Shown one piece after another: positions 62,354 through 64,000 of a stretch of 64,000 nt of DNA. A program made the translations under genes and the position numbers. The DNA is from Lachnospiraceae bacterium (lineage in GTDB: Bacteria > Bacillota > Clostridia > Lachnospirales > Lachnospiraceae). Numbering within the stretch: the stretch's first letter is position 1; each line of letters opens with the position of its first letter. The stretch covers positions 30,766 to 94,765 of the forward strand of contig JAEENL010000175.1 of the NCBI GenBank assembly GCA_016283775.1. Reading direction: 5' to 3'. The notes under the pieces were generated by a model. The model saw nothing but the letters and a program-made list of their open reading frames with translations, was not told the DNA's origin and searched no databases.

Positions 62354-64000
62354 TTGCAATTGGAATTTAATAAAGCGCAGAAAGACGCTGTAAACGTTTT
62401 CCGGGGCCCCGGGCTTGTGCTCGCGGGCCCGGGGAGCGGTAAGACCGCCGTGGTCACCGCAAGGACGGAAAGGCTCATAAAAAGGGGTGTGGGCCCGGAA
62501 AACATCCTGGTCGTTTCTTTTACAAGGGCTGCGGCAAAAGAGACTGAACAGCGTTTCAAAAAACTTATGCCGGAAATTTCAGGCGTGACATTCGGAACGT
62601 TTCATTCGGTCTTCTTTAAGATCCTGAGATTTGCATATGGTCTTGACGGTTCAAACATCATCAGGGAAGAACAGTCGGACAGGATTTTACGTGAGCTCGC
62701 GGAGGAACTGGGTATCATCCCGGATGACGCCGGGAGCTTTATTTGTGACCTGAAAAGTGAGATAGGGAAAGTGAAATCGTCGGGGCAGGACCCTTTAAAG
62801 TATCATTCTCTCAGCATCGACGCATCACTGTTTCCCACGGTTTTCGGAAGATACAATGAGGAACTTTTAAAAAGGCGGCTGTACGATTTTGACGATATGC
62901 TGACCGAAACTCTGAAGCTCTTCAGAGCGCGCCCTGACATACTTGAGGCCTGGCGCGACAGATACAGGTTCATCATGGTGGATGAGTTTCAGGACATAAA
63001 TCCGGTACAGTACGAGAACATAAAAATGATCGCGGCCCCACAGAACAATCTGTTTGTGGTGGGTGACGACGATCAGTCGATATATGGTTTCAGAGGCGCA
63101 GACCCCGGGACGATGGTACGTTTTGCAAAGGATTTTCCCGAGGCACAGCTCATAAAGCTCAGCGTGAACCACAGATCGGGAAAAGCCGTCGTGGATGCTG
63201 CGAGCCGTGTGATCTCACACAATACATCGCGTTTTGAAAAGGAGATCACCGCGTTTAAAAAAGAGAACTCCGCCGTAAAAGTGATGGAGTTTCAGTCGCT
63301 TTCTGAGGAAACGGACAGGATCGCCGACATGATCGAAGAGTTTCATGCGAGAGGCGTTCCTTACAGAGAGATCGCGATCCTCACGCGGACGGTCGCAGGT
63401 TCCGCATGTTTTCTCGGAAGGCTGTCCGACAAGTGCATACCTGTAAATGTGAGGGACAGGATACCGGGACCTTATGACAGTTTTCAGGCGGCGGACATGC
63501 TTTCCTATATCCGTGCCTCGGCAGACGCGCCGGCAAGGGCCGATGTCGTAAGGATAATGAACCGGCCGTGCAGATGGATCCCAAGGGATATTTTTCTGTC
63601 GGATCCGGTATCGTGGCAGGATGCCGCAAAACATGCCGCTTTGCGGAAAGGCGCAAAGGAAGGGCTGGAGAGGCTGAGGTACGATCTTTTTATGATCGGA
63701 AAATGCACGCCATCTGCGGCGATCACTTATATCAGGCGCTCGGGTTATGACGGTTTTCTTTCGGAATATGGAAAGGAAAGAGGGATACACATCGAGGACC
63801 TGACAGCTCCTCTGGATAAACTGAAAGAGGATGCAAATGGTTTTTTGACACATGAGGAATGGCTTTTGCATGTGGAACGCACCGAGCAGGCGCTTTTGGA
63901 TGCTGAACGGGAGCGCAGCCAAGGACGGGTAAGAGACGCGGTGACCCTTTCCACGATGCACGGCGCAAAGGGGCTGGAATACAGGATAGTCTTTATCCCT
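62354..64000 (+). CDS. UvrD/PcrA/Rep-family ATP-dependent DNA helicase (3' end outside window; absent from ORF track)
   Basis: Hand translation of the frame containing 62354: LQLEFNKAQKDAV..AGPGSGKT..VSFTRAAAKE..VDEFQDINPVQY..VGDDDQSIYGFRGA..LSVNHRS..TMHGAKGLE. The start is probably TTG 62354 or 62360, after AAGGGG. No stop occurs before base 64000. Confidence 0.85.
   Translation, partial: MQLEFNKAQKDAVNVFRGPGLVLAGPGSGKTAVVTARTERLIKRGVGPENILVVSFTRAAAKETEQRFKKLMPEISGVTFGTFHSVFFKILRFAYGLDGSNIIREEQSDRILRELAEELGIIPDDAGSFICDLKSEIGKVKSSGQDPLKYHSLSIDASLFPTVFGRYNEELLKRRLYDFDDMLTETLKLFRARPDILEAWRDRYRFIMVDEFQDINPVQYENIKMIAAPQNNLFVVGDDDQSIYGFRGADPGTMVRFAKDFPEAQLIKLSVNHRSGKAVVDAASRVISHNTSRFEKEITAFKKENSAVKVMEFQSLSEETDRIADMIEEFHARGVPYREIAILTRTVAGSACFLGRLSDKCIPVNVRDRIPGPYDSFQAADMLSYIRASADAPARADVVRIMNRPCRWIPRDIFLSDPVSWQDAAKHAALRKGAKEGLERLRYDLFMIGKCTPSAAITYIRRSGYDGFLSEYGKERGIHIEDLTAPLDKLKEDANGFLTHEEWLLHVERTEQALLDAERERSQGRVRDAVTLSTMHGAKGLEYRIVFIP

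Overview
This is a densely coded chromosomal window, about 50% GC and mostly on the + strand. Gene content and the many lipoproteins with Thr/Pro-rich linkers suggest a Gram-positive anaerobe of the Clostridia (Lachnospiraceae-like); that placement is inference only. I saw no rRNA, tRNA, CRISPR array, transposase or integrase. Layout: (1) 1-10.8 kb is housekeeping: glpK 3' end, MATE efflux, murG, dnaX-ybaB-recR, a KDPG-aldolase fusion, CvpA-like and several membrane proteins. (2) 10.9-23.4 kb is the most unusual region. It is a Dlt-like cell-envelope aminoacylation cluster with a stand-alone adenylation enzyme, small carrier protein, MBOAT and SGNH/DltD-like partner. These are embedded with an aspartate-type racemase, an AsnB-type amidotransferase, three paralogous Ig-like+transglutaminase-like modules, a CHAP-like domain, a C39-like peptidase and a roughly 270-nt structured leader. 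(3) 23.4-30.6 kb is addB-addA. (4) 30.6-34.8 kb holds a YlmH-like protein, DUF1287, an MBL hydrolase, GH28 and a membrane protein. (5) 34.9-41.2 kb is a TetR-headed alpha-galactoside operon: GT-B-like protein, GPH symporter and GH36. It is bracketed by two identical 21-bp palindromes. (6) 41.6-60.7 kb is a Gram-positive polysaccharide-utilisation locus. It has a GH43 lipoprotein, a giant solute-binding protein and two CUT1-type permease pairs without any ATPase. It also has an inserted NHL/TPR - YIP1 - large DUF-like triad, a second SBP, a LacI regulator and a convergent GH51 arabinofuranosidase. (7) 60.8-64.0 kb is gltX plus a UvrD/PcrA-like helicase that runs off the window and is missing from the ORF track. 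All family calls come from motif reading of the translations; no database search was possible.
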